Shown: piece after piece, positions 26,653-39,132 of the stretch | Layout of the letters: every line of letters begins with the position of its first letter | Numbering within the stretch: position 1 is the first letter of the stretch | From: Ptychomitrium polyphyllum | Taxonomy: Eukaryota | NCBI GenBank assembly: GCA_973851085.1 | Contig: OZ316775.1 | Coordinates: forward strand, 434,001 to 498,000 | Direction: 5' to 3' | Length of the DNA stretch: 64,000 nucleotides | Made by a program: the position numbers and the translations under genes | Notes under the pieces: generated by a model | Told to the model about the DNA's origin: nothing | The model's input: only the letters and a program-made list of their open reading frames with translations | Database searches by the model: none

Positions 26653-29600
26653 TAGTCATCATTGTCGTGCATGATATCAAGAATAGAACTCCTGGGCAGC
26701 TGTATAGTTAGTCGTATCATGTACGCACTGATTTTGCGTTCTGTGTTTCCTTTTCTTGAAGAATAGACGTCGGGACCTAACTTCGAACTGAACCTTTTTA
26801 GCACTTTTGTTCAGCTGCATAAACAATTGATCTATCGAGGGAATATTGTGTGATTCACAATGTATACCGTACTTTGTATTGTTCCTGCATCAGTCAGCGT
26901 TGTCGTGGATTGTTCTCTTACCCCCAGGATTCTCGTCGCTTTTTATTTATTTTTAATTTTGTGTATAAAAAGTTTAAATGGAAGAGCCTGCAAGATGCAG
27001 GCTTTGGTTGTCATGAACAAGAACGGGAAGAGGTTGAAGGGTGTTGGTGTGTACACGTCGCGCACTGAAGTTGCAACCGCCCACTAATAGGTTGGTGTGT
27101 GTGAGAATGCATGTCATAGTTCTCGTAGCGACGGCGTAATTACCACTCACGATCTCGACAGCATCTGGATTATGCATTAATCTTGAAACCAGCCTGTTCT
27201 TGAATTAACCATGAACGATCGTTGCAGGGGACTGGTGCGTACTCATCAGATAACCTGTGCGACCTATATTCGGCTGCGCTTGTGGTGATAATCCAGGAGC
27301 CTTCTTGACATCTGCCAAAGAATTAGGTTCGCTTGTGCTGCTGGTGTGGCGAGGATTCGTTATCAACGAGCTTATGCTTTACTTCCTGGTAGTAAAATTT
27401 ATGGACTATTGGCTCGATCATGTGGTCGATCGAACCTTTAATGGAGTATTGTGAAGTGTACCTGCTCCTAAATGTCATTTCGTTTAGAACCTCTGTGTTA
27501 CTGATGGTACGTGTTTCTGGTCCTTGATCAGCTGGTTCTGCTTCCAAGAATCGTTGACCCGGCATTAATCATATTATGGTATCTGTTGAGATGATGCGTA
27601 GATAGAAATCTGAAATTTCTCGATTGATCACTATGTTTTGCACAGAGCACCCATGCTTTACTCGAATCCTGGGAGGCATCCTAATGAAATGATTTTCCAT
27701 CATCGACTCCAGTATCGGTGGTCCAAGATGTTCACGACCTAGAGTGGAACGTAACCTTAACCGAGTTAGCCCCCTGTATTTTTCATTTCAGTAATTTCCT
27801 CAGTCGCAAATGTACGACGATAGCCCCTCAGTCAATGGGCGCACATTCCAATCCTGATGTTCTCAACAGGCACTGTCCACTCATTCCTTGGCTTCTTCGG
27901 CAGTGAAGGAGATTTCAGGTAACATAATTCATAACCAATTCGGTGTCTACTACGAATTTCTTTGAGATGGTAGCCAACTCTGTCATAACAGTCAAGGTGG
28001 GCCAACCCCAAGGCGGCAACACACGTTACTTAATTTTGATTCTAAGGCACAACAACTGTGGAACTGTTTGAAACACATTATTTGGACAGTGTTTTAAAAA
28101 TTCATGAATATTTATAATTAGAAATCTTGGACGTTTAATTTCTTTTTATAAAATTAATTGCAACGTTTTCTATTTTTATTTTTTTTAAAACCTCAGGTTC
28201 AGCATTGTTATTCATTATGTAGCTAGAAGTTGGATAGAAATTGTTGTTTCTCCAACAAGAAATTAAGATTTAGACCAATAACTGTTAAAAATAGGATTTA
28301 AATGAATCCTAAAAATATATATTGATTTGAAGATGGAATGAAGTCCTTTAGCTTTGGATTCTTTTGTAAGTGAAAGAAATCCAAGACCAACAAAGTACAC
28401 TTCTATTGTTGAAATGTTTGCAAGGGCAACATGCAGGGGCTTATGATGTAAAATGTGATATGTTTTCATAAAGAAATGATTATACACTTCCAACAGGTCA
28501 CCAGTAATAAATACAGTGTTACATACAGCAAGATTGTCAAGACATGGGTTCATCATGAAGACCTGATAATATACAAATCTAAACCATTAGGTACTGTGAA
28601 CTAAATAATAACACTGTGCAGTATAACATATTCTGTCTTTCTGGAATTGATCAAGTTTCCAGGTTTAGAGATGATGTTCAAGTTACTAAAGAAGTATTGA
28701 AATATGTGTTGACTTGTGTGTCTTCGTTTCAAACTTAAGAGCATGAATGATTTTCCCTGGCCAATCAACTGAAAGTAAAACTTTGAAAGCAGGAGAGGTT
28801 CCAAAACAATACTGGTTTTCCCAATTCAAAAGCAGGTGCCTCCTTGGAGCTACAAAATATATGACATCCAATATTGACCTTCGGTGTAAGTTGGGCAATG
28901 TTTTTCGAAACAGATGTTGAATTTGATAAGTTTACAGATAATTTGAATGAAGGTGGAATATTACTTGCCACCAGGTTGCGACAAGTTGCTGGCCAAATTC
29001 CAGTTTTAACCATTTCAATGTGAAGATAGCAATATTTCAAGATAATTTTTAAGAGCGTTTTAAAACACATCTTAGTACATATTAAGATACTTTGATGTTC
29101 AAAATGTAAGTTGAAATTGCGTCCTAAAAAATATTTTTAAATGTAACTTAAGAGAGTGTTTGAACTACTATTTCTTGGACTAGTTGGTTATTTGTAAATT
29201 TATTTTCACCCAATTTTTTTGTGATTTTTTACCTAAAACATCATTATAAATATTGCTTCTCATTCTTGAAGTAGGGAAAAAGTAAAAATAAAATAAAACA
29301 AAATATTTAAATTTTACATTTGAAATGTGGTAGAAGGTGTTAATGTTTTTACACTTTACTTAATAGAACTAATAAACTTGAATTCTTTTTGAAATTGGAA
29401 TTTTTGCACCAATTTTTTTTCATTTATTTTGACAATTCCAAAGAAATTTATGTTAAGTATTTCTATACCAAATCTTAAAGTTAATATAGGACTACAACAT
29501 TATTGGCAAAGGTGTGCAATAAGTAAAATTAAAAGAAAACCACTTGAAGAGTATAAATATTTTTTTGCATTTTTAATAAACAATTTTAATCTTATGACAG

Positions 29601-30916
29601 TATACCGTACTTGTACCTTCAATTTTTTTTAGAACAAATCACATTTAAATTGGTATTATTGGAATGTGCCTGAAATCTTAACAAATCTTCTTATGAATTT
29701 TTTTTTGTTTTAGTGCCAATATACAATGGTTTTAAAATGCAAAATTTAACACTGTTATAAGTCACACTTTCAAGACTATTTAAAAGACATTAAAATGCCT
29801 TAATTTTAGGTTTGGGTTGATTTTTAAAATACTTTAGTATCTTACAATATTTTTGAAGTAAGCCTTAATTAAAAATTTTAAAATGGTCTTTGGGATGTGA
29901 TAGCCAAATAAAGACTATGAAATTTGTTAAAGAAATAAATTTTGTAAAAGTCATAAATTTTATGTAGGAAATATAAATAACAATGCTTTATAATAAAAAG
30001 ACTTATTGGATTAAAGTGTACAATCTCGAATTCTTTAATTTGAAGAAAATAATTTGGCATTGTGAATAGTGACTTGCTTGCGGTTCTTGCACTTAATAAG
30101 TTATATAATTGATTAAGTGTTTTTTATTGTCCAAAAATAGAGCAAAGATCAATATTTTTGAAATACTTTAAGGATCCAAACCAAGAACAACAAATTGCTT
30201 TAGAAATGATAATAAATCCACTTTAATGACATGATAAGTTCTTATAATTTTTTTTATAAAGTAAAAAAAAAATAGAGTTTTTAAATACTGCATTGCCTAC
30301 CATTTGTATTACCATTACATATACTATTTATGGTCATTATATAGAAAGGCATGTTATTAACATTAGATGATTTAAACCAAATTATCTCTTTTTAGCCACA
30401 ATACATTTTGTTGAAAACTAGTTTGGAGAACTTTGACATCTATATTAGCAAGCCATGGTAGAGAAATTTTTGACAAAGTGATTCAACATTTCCAACTTAG
30501 AAAGTTTGATTCAAGTGCATGAATAAGCTACAATTAGGATTGAAAACACTCAACCTTGGTTAAAAGATTATCTTAACTTCAGCCCAGGGGTGCATGTGGC
30601 CACCGTCTATAGGAAAAACCTTCTTTCGACCCACAAACCTAAGCATTAGAAAGCATCCATAAGAGCATAATTTGCAGCCATACATATGCTAGAGGTATTT
30701 GTAAACTCAACCCCCTATTCACCCATAAAGTTACTTTGTACTTGTGACCTCAACTCCATCTCCTCATTTGTACATGTGAGTGGAATGCAGAGTCCAACAC
30801 AAAAATCTTCAGTGAGGCACCACTTTCTGGAGCAGAAATGATGAGTTCTGAAGCAAACAAAGAACACGCTGGGCGTGGGCATACAGATGCCAGGGCACAG
30901 CTCCTCAGGGCCCAAA

Positions 30917-31067
30917 CACCACGCCCCATGCACCATGCACCATGCACCATGCACCACGCACCATGCACCACGCACCATGCACCACGCACCATGCACCACG
31001 CACCATGCACCACGCACCATGCACCACGCACCATGCACCATGCACCATCCACCATCCACCATGCACC
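30917..31067. repeat. Heptamer tandem repeat (CACCATG/CACCACG) x ~21
   Basis: Read directly; the two variants alternate in the middle, giving a 14-bp higher-order period. Confidence 0.95.
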
Positions 31068-32416
31068 TATCCTGATAAGCATATCCTTATGATTCTTACG
31101 CAGTCAGATGGATCCCAGCGATTCCAACGTCTGTAGTAACTTACGATTCTCGTGCTGGCTGCTCAGCACTCCCAGCATTCCTGACGTCATTCCTGACGAC
31201 CTCACGTTGTGCGACGTAATCTTCTCCTGGCTCTTCCGCAAAGATCGTCGAGCATGTTGTCCCCTGCTGAGAGGAACAGTGCACTTCGTTTGCGGTTGCG
31301 AGATCGCGGAGAACATCCCCAGTCCCAGCAGTGGCAATTATTAGTATATTGTTGATTTCTTCAACCTCAAAGATTCGATGGACTCTACTGTAGCCGGAAC
31401 CGAAGGCACTCGAGCACATTACAAGATCATGGGCCGGGTAATGGACCAGTACTAGCTTGTAAAATTTTTATATCGCAGGGTTGCAGGAGCCATTCGTGCA
31501 GCTAAGGAGCTTGATTTAGCGCGTGAGATCGAAGGTGACATGTACTTACGTAAACCTAAAGAATTCCAGCTGGATTCTGGACAGTATTGTGAGAGCACTG
31601 GTCTCATCTCGACACCTCATGGGTAACTTATAGTGGCATTGGAGCCACTGATTCAGGGCATCTTCACCGCATTTCGGAATTTCCAGCGCTGCCTTATGCT
31701 ATGACATCCGGCAATATTCCAATGACTAGGTTAGTCTGTCGAGCTAATTCAGCACCTTATCTGCCGCTTCTGTGGCTTTCAGAGGAATCTGGCAGCAAGG
31801 GCCTGTGGGAGGTTCAATCTGTAGGTGTCTCTTGTGATCTAGTGGTCATGCAGTAAAAGATTCGGTCCTTTTGGGAGGTCGTCAATAGCAATAGGGGATA
31901 CATTAGTATAGTAGCACATCTTTCATTTCCTCAGGTCATTGTTGAAGCTTGCTCATTAGAATGAAAGCATTCCCAGCTTGTCGAATGTTGTTGTGCGATC
32001 CGATATGTATTCTGTTGGTTTTTCAGTTTGCCCTCATTGTTGCCGCATAGATTTTGCTTTTGGAATTCTTTGCTGAGTGAATTAGCCGCGTGCGGCAGAT
32101 ATTGCAGCAGTTAGTCAACGTGAGGTTGAGGGTGTCGCAGTAAAAATATCTTTTCCGACGAATGTCTGCACCTAGGGCGTTTTCAATCAAGACATGCAGT
32201 GCTGCATCCATAACCTTGTTCTGAGCAGCGGAGTATGCAATTGGTGGAGTTTATGTTGCATTTGTTTTCTCAAGATTAACGTGGCTCTAAACCTTGAACC
32301 TTGCCGCGCACAGACACAGATGCAGGAGGGGCTGTAGCTCGTGGTCCGATGGATGAAGGGCAGCCTATCTAGACAACATCCGAATGAGACCGATTTGCAT
32401 CGATTTATAGCGAGAC

Positions 32417-35104
32417 ATGGCCTCGTTTTTGAACAGCTTCACATCCTCCGCAACGGCCTCACTATGGGACAATCCGCACTTGTGTTCCTTGAGGTCGCAT
32501 GCAATGTTATTCTTCGACTACACACGGGCTGAGTTAGAAAACTCCAAGCTTGGATTGAATTGGACGCTGGTGTTCATTGTGATGTTATCCATCATACCAG
32601 GGATTATTCTGCACAGACGGGTGTCTAGCAGGTACAATTCGTTCATTGCTTACGCGGAGCATTCAACCTAGTTGGAATGTATGATATTCCGAGAGAGTGG
32701 TTGCTTCGTCGGGTTATAATGCTATCTATATACACTTATATTTGTTGCAATTCATTGTCATTGTCTTGAAAGAGTGTTGGGATACCACCAAGCACCAGGT
32801 TAGTACTCAGGCCGAACAGATTAAATTCTGAATGAATGTGATCCAAAATTAATAGAATCTTCACGTTTGACTTGCTCAAGTCAAGGAATCGGCTTTTTAG
32901 ATGCCACTTAATGTACTGAGTGGATACAATGGTGTAGCAGAGTAGAGTAGGGATCTGAACGACACTGCTGTCTTATAGTTCAATTTCTATCGCTCATAAA
33001 ATTAGTCTCGTTGTGTGCTGTGGGGATCAGGAAACTACCACCAAGCCCACCTGGATTGCCGATTTTAGGTCATCTCCACCTCCTGGGTACTCATGTGCAC
33101 GAATCTATGGCGCAGCTGTCGCAAAAGTATGGCCCTGTGATGTATCTGAAGCTGGGCTCCCAAGACTCACTTGTTATTTCATCTCCAGAACATGCCAAAG
33201 AGGTCTTCCAAAACCATGATCTCATATTCTCAGAGCGCCCTAAGCTCATTGTCCTAGATCTCCTTGTTACAAACAAACAAGGTATTACTCTTAGTCACAA
33301 ATGAATTTCTGTGAGTCAGATTTGTGAATGGATCAGTAGGAAATCTGTCATCGTCCCGAGAAGGTAAAGTACCCTTGGCTCCTTACTGAGCTCAATGAAA
33401 GGTTTTATTGTTCTCAGTAATGTTTGCTAAAAGTTAAGTAGTAGTCGGAAAGAATTCGCTGTTGCTGTTGCCTGTGGAAAACTTAAAATTGTTCAGTCTC
33501 CTGATCTGCAGTTCTTTCTGTTTTGTGTTAATGCCTTGCAAATATTATAGTATTAAGGTTATGTTGAAGGGTCCTTCGGGAACAGGTTCGGTGGGGGCCA
33601 CTACCTCTTACTGATGAAGGACCACTTATGTGGATTGAAGGATTTTAAGGGTACTTTTCATGTTCAAGGATGTAGTAGATACGTGTTTACAGCACAAACA
33701 CACGCTATGTTGGTAGGTAGGAGTTGGTCATGCATACCAGTCGTTTAACTAGAGATGCCTCTGCACGATAACGCCAGGTATATCTTTCCAATCCATGAAC
33801 GCATCATGGCGAAATCTTCGGAAAATATTCACAATGGAATTATTGTCTCCAAAGCGGCTTCAAGAATGGCAACCTGTTAGAGCGAAAGAGCTTAATTACA
33901 TGTTGAGCTGTATATTTGAGCATTCCAAGAAGCATCCAAACAGCCCTTTGGAAGTAAAAGCGAAGTTGTGGACTTTAACCACAAATATTACCTCGATGAT
34001 GTTAGTTAGCAAGAGATACTTTTCGGACGAGGAAGAGGATGAGAGTGAGGAGGCAAAAGAGTTCAAGTACGTCATGGAGGAAATGTTGCATCTGGTGGGG
34101 AGCATCTTTCCTGCCGACTGCCTTCCCTTCTTAAAATGGTTAGATCTGGGAGGCTTTGAGAAACGGACTAACGCTTTATATCCTCGATTCCAAAACATCC
34201 TCACAAAGATTTTGAGCGAACGGCGTGCACAGAGGAAACAGGCGGGAGAAGCATATGTGGATGTGGACTTAGTGGATGTTCTTCTTACGCACCAAGAGAA
34301 AGGAGATGTTCTGGTGACGGAAGGAAACATCAGAGGTGTTGTTTGGGTAATACTGTGAAATACTCCACCAAAGCACACTGTATGTTAAGAGCTAGCAGAG
34401 GTATGGCTAATTCTCGAATATAGGTCAGTTTCAAAATCTGATATTCGTGTGGACGTGCGCAGGATGCGTTTGCGGGAGGCACAGACACACAGCTGACCGT
34501 AATGGAGTGGATAATGGCGCACCTGTTGAAGGACCGGGAACTGATGGAGATGGTAAAATCCGAGCTAGACAGGGTGGTGGGGCAAAGGAAAGTGGAGGAG
34601 AGTGACATTGCCGGCTTGAAATTCTTGGAAGCAGTTGTGAAAGAGACATTCCGACTTCATCCCCCTGTGCCACTACTTGTGCCCCGCGAGGCGAGTCAGG
34701 CATGTGCTGTGGCAGGATTTGTCATCCCGGCCAGAACTCGGCTGTTCGTCAATGTATATGCAATTGGGCGTGATCCGCGGGTGTGGGACGACCCACTCCA
34801 TTTTCAGCCCCAACGATTCTTAGAGGGACCCCGCAAACAGGTGGATTTGTATGGCCAGTACCCGGAGTTGATGCCCTTCGGCACTGGACGCAGAATTTGC
34901 CCCGCTGCTAACTTGGGGCTTCTGCAGGTGTGCATGTTTGTGGCAAGCTTGATCCACACTTTTGACTGGTCGCTTCCTGAGGGCATGTCGGAGGACGACT
35001 TGGACATGTCGGAGGCAGCCGGCATTACCACTCCCATGGCCACTCCTTTGCACGCCATTCCCACCCTTCGCTTGTCTCCTCGATTGTACCTTCCAAGCAC
35101 CTGA
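32417..35104 (+). CDS. Cytochrome P450, A-type / CYP71 clan, ~558 aa
   Basis: Exons 32417-32631, 33031-33281, 33778-34346, 34463-35104 join in frame with GT-AG introns. TM anchor, LPPSPPGLPILGHL hinge, AGGTDT I-helix after the typical phase-0 intron, KETFR, PQRF, heme motif PFGTGRRICPA. Start could instead be the ATG at 32504. Confidence 0.93.
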
Positions 35105-35591
35105 CTCTCTTATTCACACTGGCCCTCCTTGTGTCGTTCTACTTCTCATTTTACAATAACATGGATGTATTCAATTCATGCACTTCTGTCATGCAGTGCC
35201 TCCTCCACTTCGCACTGTAAATAGTTTGTCTGTCACATGTTTTCCAGGTTTGCCCAACACCCTTGCGTGTTGTTTGTCATTTCCTAAGTAAAATTACCAC
35301 TAACAAGAAAGCTCTTGTAGGTGGACCAATGTCATGGTCAAAGCTGTAAATCACAATGTCAACACTACTGGCTTAGGTCTCTGCTCCTTGCACTATGTGC
35401 TAAGTATTTGTGGCACTACATGTATACACAAAGTTTAACTTTACAAAAGAGTAATTTGTCCATTCTATATCTCTAAACATTTTTGGCAGCACATTATATA
35501 TGAGCAAGATGCACCTTAAGCGGCGCCAGTTACAATCTTCAACAAGCAAAGAGTGAATTAAACTTTAGAATTCAGTTAACCTTCACATCTA

Positions 35592-35672
35592 CATTTCTGC
35601 AAGTTAAATAGGCAGTGTGACCATTTCTGCAAGTTAAACAAGGCAGTGTGACCATTTCTGCAAGCTAAACAG
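35592..35672. repeat. Short tandem repeat, 30-31 bp x ~2.6
   Basis: catttctgcaagttaaa(t/ca)aggcagtgtgac repeated. Confidence 0.85.
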
Positions 35673-38025
35673 CTTAAGGTAGCTTTAAAATCCAAATCAT
35701 ATTCTTGCCAATATCTAAAGACTGAAAGTTTAGAGTTCAATCTAACTTTCCATAATTGAACACTTGTAAATACGACGACATTGATTTATGATGTAATCTA
35801 ATCTTGTGCAGACAAACATTCACTTCATATCTTCTCTTGTGATATGATTAGGATACACAATCCCCATTTTATCATGTTATAGTTAATGTGGTTATGCTAA
35901 TTTTAATAATAGTGATATTTTGATCCAATAAAATAGTAAATTTTATTCATGTTGATTGGGAACAAATGATAACTTGTAGGAAAATTTGAAAATTCTTTAA
36001 AAATTGTATTCATTAATGCAAACACCTTTATAATACAACACTTTTTGTATTCTCAATCAATAAATAAAAACATTAATTTAAACTTCCAAATAAAATGAGG
36101 ATCTAAAAATAGAAGAGCATATGTAAATAATGAAGAATCAAAAGATTGAATTACTTAAGATGCCTTAGCTCCAAAAAATCTCAATGCCATTTATTAATAA
36201 TATTTGAACTTTGTTCAAAACTCTATCTTATAATATGAGTTAAAATTCTTTGATTGCTAATACTACTCCAAATGTCAAATTGCATTCTTCAATTATAATA
36301 AAAATTTACCATTGAAATGGCATTGTACATTTAAAAGAAAAGTAATAAAATAAGTTTCCAAGTAGATACTTGGCATATTTTCTTTCTTTGAGGTCCATCA
36401 CATAAAAAATTTCATCCAAAATTAACTTTATTAGGGATTAAACAAGAATTACATATGAATAAAACATCTTTTAATATTATCAAAATAATTTGATTAGGTT
36501 CTATTTGTATATTTGGTGGAGTTTCAAATGTTTTAATAAAACCATTTATATGGGACCACCATGTTTTTGTGTAGAGAAGCTTATTAATCTTATGATTTAG
36601 CAACTATTTCAATTATTGGATTTATTCTTTTAATTTTTTTTAAATTTAATAATACAACATATCCAAATGAGTTCCACAGTCCTATAAGACTAACTCAAGC
36701 ACAAGCTATTTCTTTTTAAATTAAAGATCAACAACTTAGAGCTAATGTAGATTATTTTTGAGGACCTATAAATTTAAAAAATGTTTTGTAATTTTAAAAT
36801 GTGTTATATTATAAAAAGAAGTAATACTATGTATTTGCAAGTGTCATAGAGACTTTTCATGAAGTTTGAAGATTATTACTTTATCCTAGCTTATTCATGC
36901 ATAAAAAAACTAAGAGCTCAATCCTATAACTTTAAAGAATCTATTACACAATTGAAAATAATTATTTAATTTGTTTATAAGTGGTCTTATCTTATTCAAT
37001 CACCTCAAATTTCCATTTGCAATTAAGTATTAACTTTATTAAAAAGTTAATTAGTTTGCAATAAGGCTCAAATGTAAAGGCTTTTCTATTAAGATCAATA
37101 CCAATATTTGTTTCCTCCAATTAAAGTTTATAATTATACTTTAGAAAAGGGATAAACAAAGAAGCATAGGATAATAAAACTACATATGGAAAACTAATTC
37201 CTAGAACCTACACACCTTACAAACAAGGTAATAGTGTGGCAAAGTATGGAAGGCTTTCCTTGGTTGAACTTCCAGAGAAGCAAGTTTGAGATTGAAAACT
37301 CTAGATTACTAGTCGATTTCTAGCTGGAGGGAACTTCAGAAGGCATGTGCAAACGGCCATCATGATGATCACAAAAGGAGTACGTATTGCACTTTTATCA
37401 TGATTGTGCATCAGAATGGAACGTCATACCAGCAACGGGGACAGGGCGGTGAGAATCCTTATGTAACTTGCAAGGATGTAGGAGCAGCATCGGGGAGATG
37501 GAAGGCCATTCTGTTTCGAAGTTCACTGCAAATTCAGGCAAGGCGTGCACAAACAGCAAGTGTAGAGTAGCCCCACGAACTGCAGGACCACCTCTAGCAT
37601 ACATTACATCTTATGCACCTCAACTCAATGTTGCCGCGACTCAGTAGACCGTCTCTCCGTCCGCGGGAGAAGGATAACACCTTCAGCGGGGAAATTGATT
37701 TTTACGTAGCAATAAGTTGGTATTCAAACCTTCGTTGCCACAATTGCTTGGTCATTGTGTCCCACTTGGAAACCGTAGATAAGCCTCTTAATCAAACAAC
37801 AACAATAATCATGCTGTAACTCTACCCTACCTGCGAAGGAGATGCATTGTACTTTTCCGCGTGCAGCAAACACACATTGCTGAGTTCCTACTGCCGTGGC
37901 GCCGAAGTAGAAGTACCCCGGGCTACCTCTGGCGGCACCCCTAGCTGCGGTGCACCGATGTGAAAGAAGTTGTTAAAGTTATCCTGACTCGACTCAGGCG
38001 CTCGCTACGACACTATCATAGTCTA

Positions 38026-39132
38026 CTAACCAATTACCCTAGCAACAACAACACTATTGACGACCCTGTTCCACGGGTGCACTACCACCTCCACCTTCAA
38101 GCCTACCCTTTCCAAGCCCGCCACATCCACCACCGGATACAGCAATCCCCGCAGTGAGTGCGCGCTTCGCAGGACCACCAGTGCGTCGCGTTTCATTTTC
38201 CTCACCACGCTTTGCACCACCTCCTCCTTCTCCGCGGCGCTCATCCCCACCAGTGCCGCCACGTACACCACATCGAAGGTGGCTAGTTCTGTGACAGCAT
38301 CCGTCGCTGACACACACACGAACTCCTGCACCGTGCTCTGCGGACCTGGCAGACTAGCGCACAGGCGCGTGGAAATGTTGATAGCGACGGGGTCGTGGTC
38401 AATGTTGAGGATTTTCAGCTCCGGGGTCATGGGGTGCAACAGTGTGGCCAGGCAGATGGATGTCAATGGCAGAGGCCCAGATCCCAGAAAGGCAATGGCA
38501 GAGGGTGGGTTGGGCGTAATAGAGAGCAGCGCATTCAGTTCCAGGCGCGACAGATCCAAGTAGTTCTTGTAGTAGGGGAAGAGTGAGAGTGGGTTGATTC
38601 TGGTGTCGGACACCGGCGAGAGGAGGAGCTGGTTGGCCCAGTACGATTCCAGGGCACATTCGCCAGTCGAACAGAGTGTGCGCAGATGTGGCGTGATCGC
38701 GGATATGCGAGGGTCTTTGAGAATCTGCAGAGTAGATATTGTCAGCGCGATTCCTGATAATTTAGACCCATCTGGTTCTATTGCGTAGCAGTGGTAGGTA
38801 GCAGTAGCAGTAGCAGTAGCATTGTCAAAAGACGAGTTGGAGTGGGGGACTAATTGTGAACGCACCTTGCTTACAATAGTGTCATCCGACATCGTCGTGA
38901 TGCACAGTTCCACCAATTTTTCGAACACGGCATTCACCTCTTCCTTGGGTTCCAGCGACGAGAAGCTGGAGAGCTGTTTGTACAGCGACAAGATCTCGCG
39001 GATGTGCACATTCGCTATGGCAGTTGCCTCGTCCACTGATTTGGAGACGTTGGGCGCGCACGTGGAGGGGAATGGAAGGAAGATTGAGATGAACGAGCAT
39101 GGTGATTTCGTGATCGACGTGTCTAGAGTCAT
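38026..39132 (-). CDS. NAS: Nicotianamine synthase, fungal-type, ~321 aa
   Basis: Exons 39132-38866 and 38724-38026 around a 141-nt GTGCGT...GCTGAC...CTGCAG intron. NAS motifs LSSFSSLEPKEEVNAVFEKLV, FPYYKNYLDLSRLE, AFLGSGPLPLTS, FDVVYVAALVGM, LRSAHSLRGLLYP, VHPWNRVVNSVVVAR; no disabling mutations. Confidence 0.93.
   Translation of the reverse strand: MTLDTSITKSPCSFISIFLPFPSTCAPNVSKSVDEATAIANVHIREILSLYKQLSSFSSLEPKEEVNAVFEKLVELCITTMSDDTIVSKVRSQLVPHSNSSFDNATATATATYHCYAIEPDGSKLSGIALTISTLQILKDPRISAITPHLRTLCSTGECALESYWANQLLLSPVSDTRINPLSLFPYYKNYLDLSRLELNALLSITPNPPSAIAFLGSGPLPLTSICLATLLHPMTPELKILNIDHDPVAINISTRLCASLPGPQSTVQEFVCVSATDAVTELATFDVVYVAALVGMSAAEKEEVVQSVVRKMKRDALVVLRSAHSLRGLLYPVVDVAGLERVGLKVEVVVHPWNRVVNSVVVARVIG

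Noticed and set aside
30715..31136. His/Cys-rich metal-binding peptide ORFs
   Set aside because: Artefacts of a stop-free 7-bp repeat, open in several frames on both strands.
32417..39132. P450 plus NAS as a phytosiderophore biosynthetic cluster
   Set aside because: Only adjacency supports it; known nicotianamine-derived pathways use aminotransferase, reductase and 2-oxoglutarate dioxygenases, none seen here.
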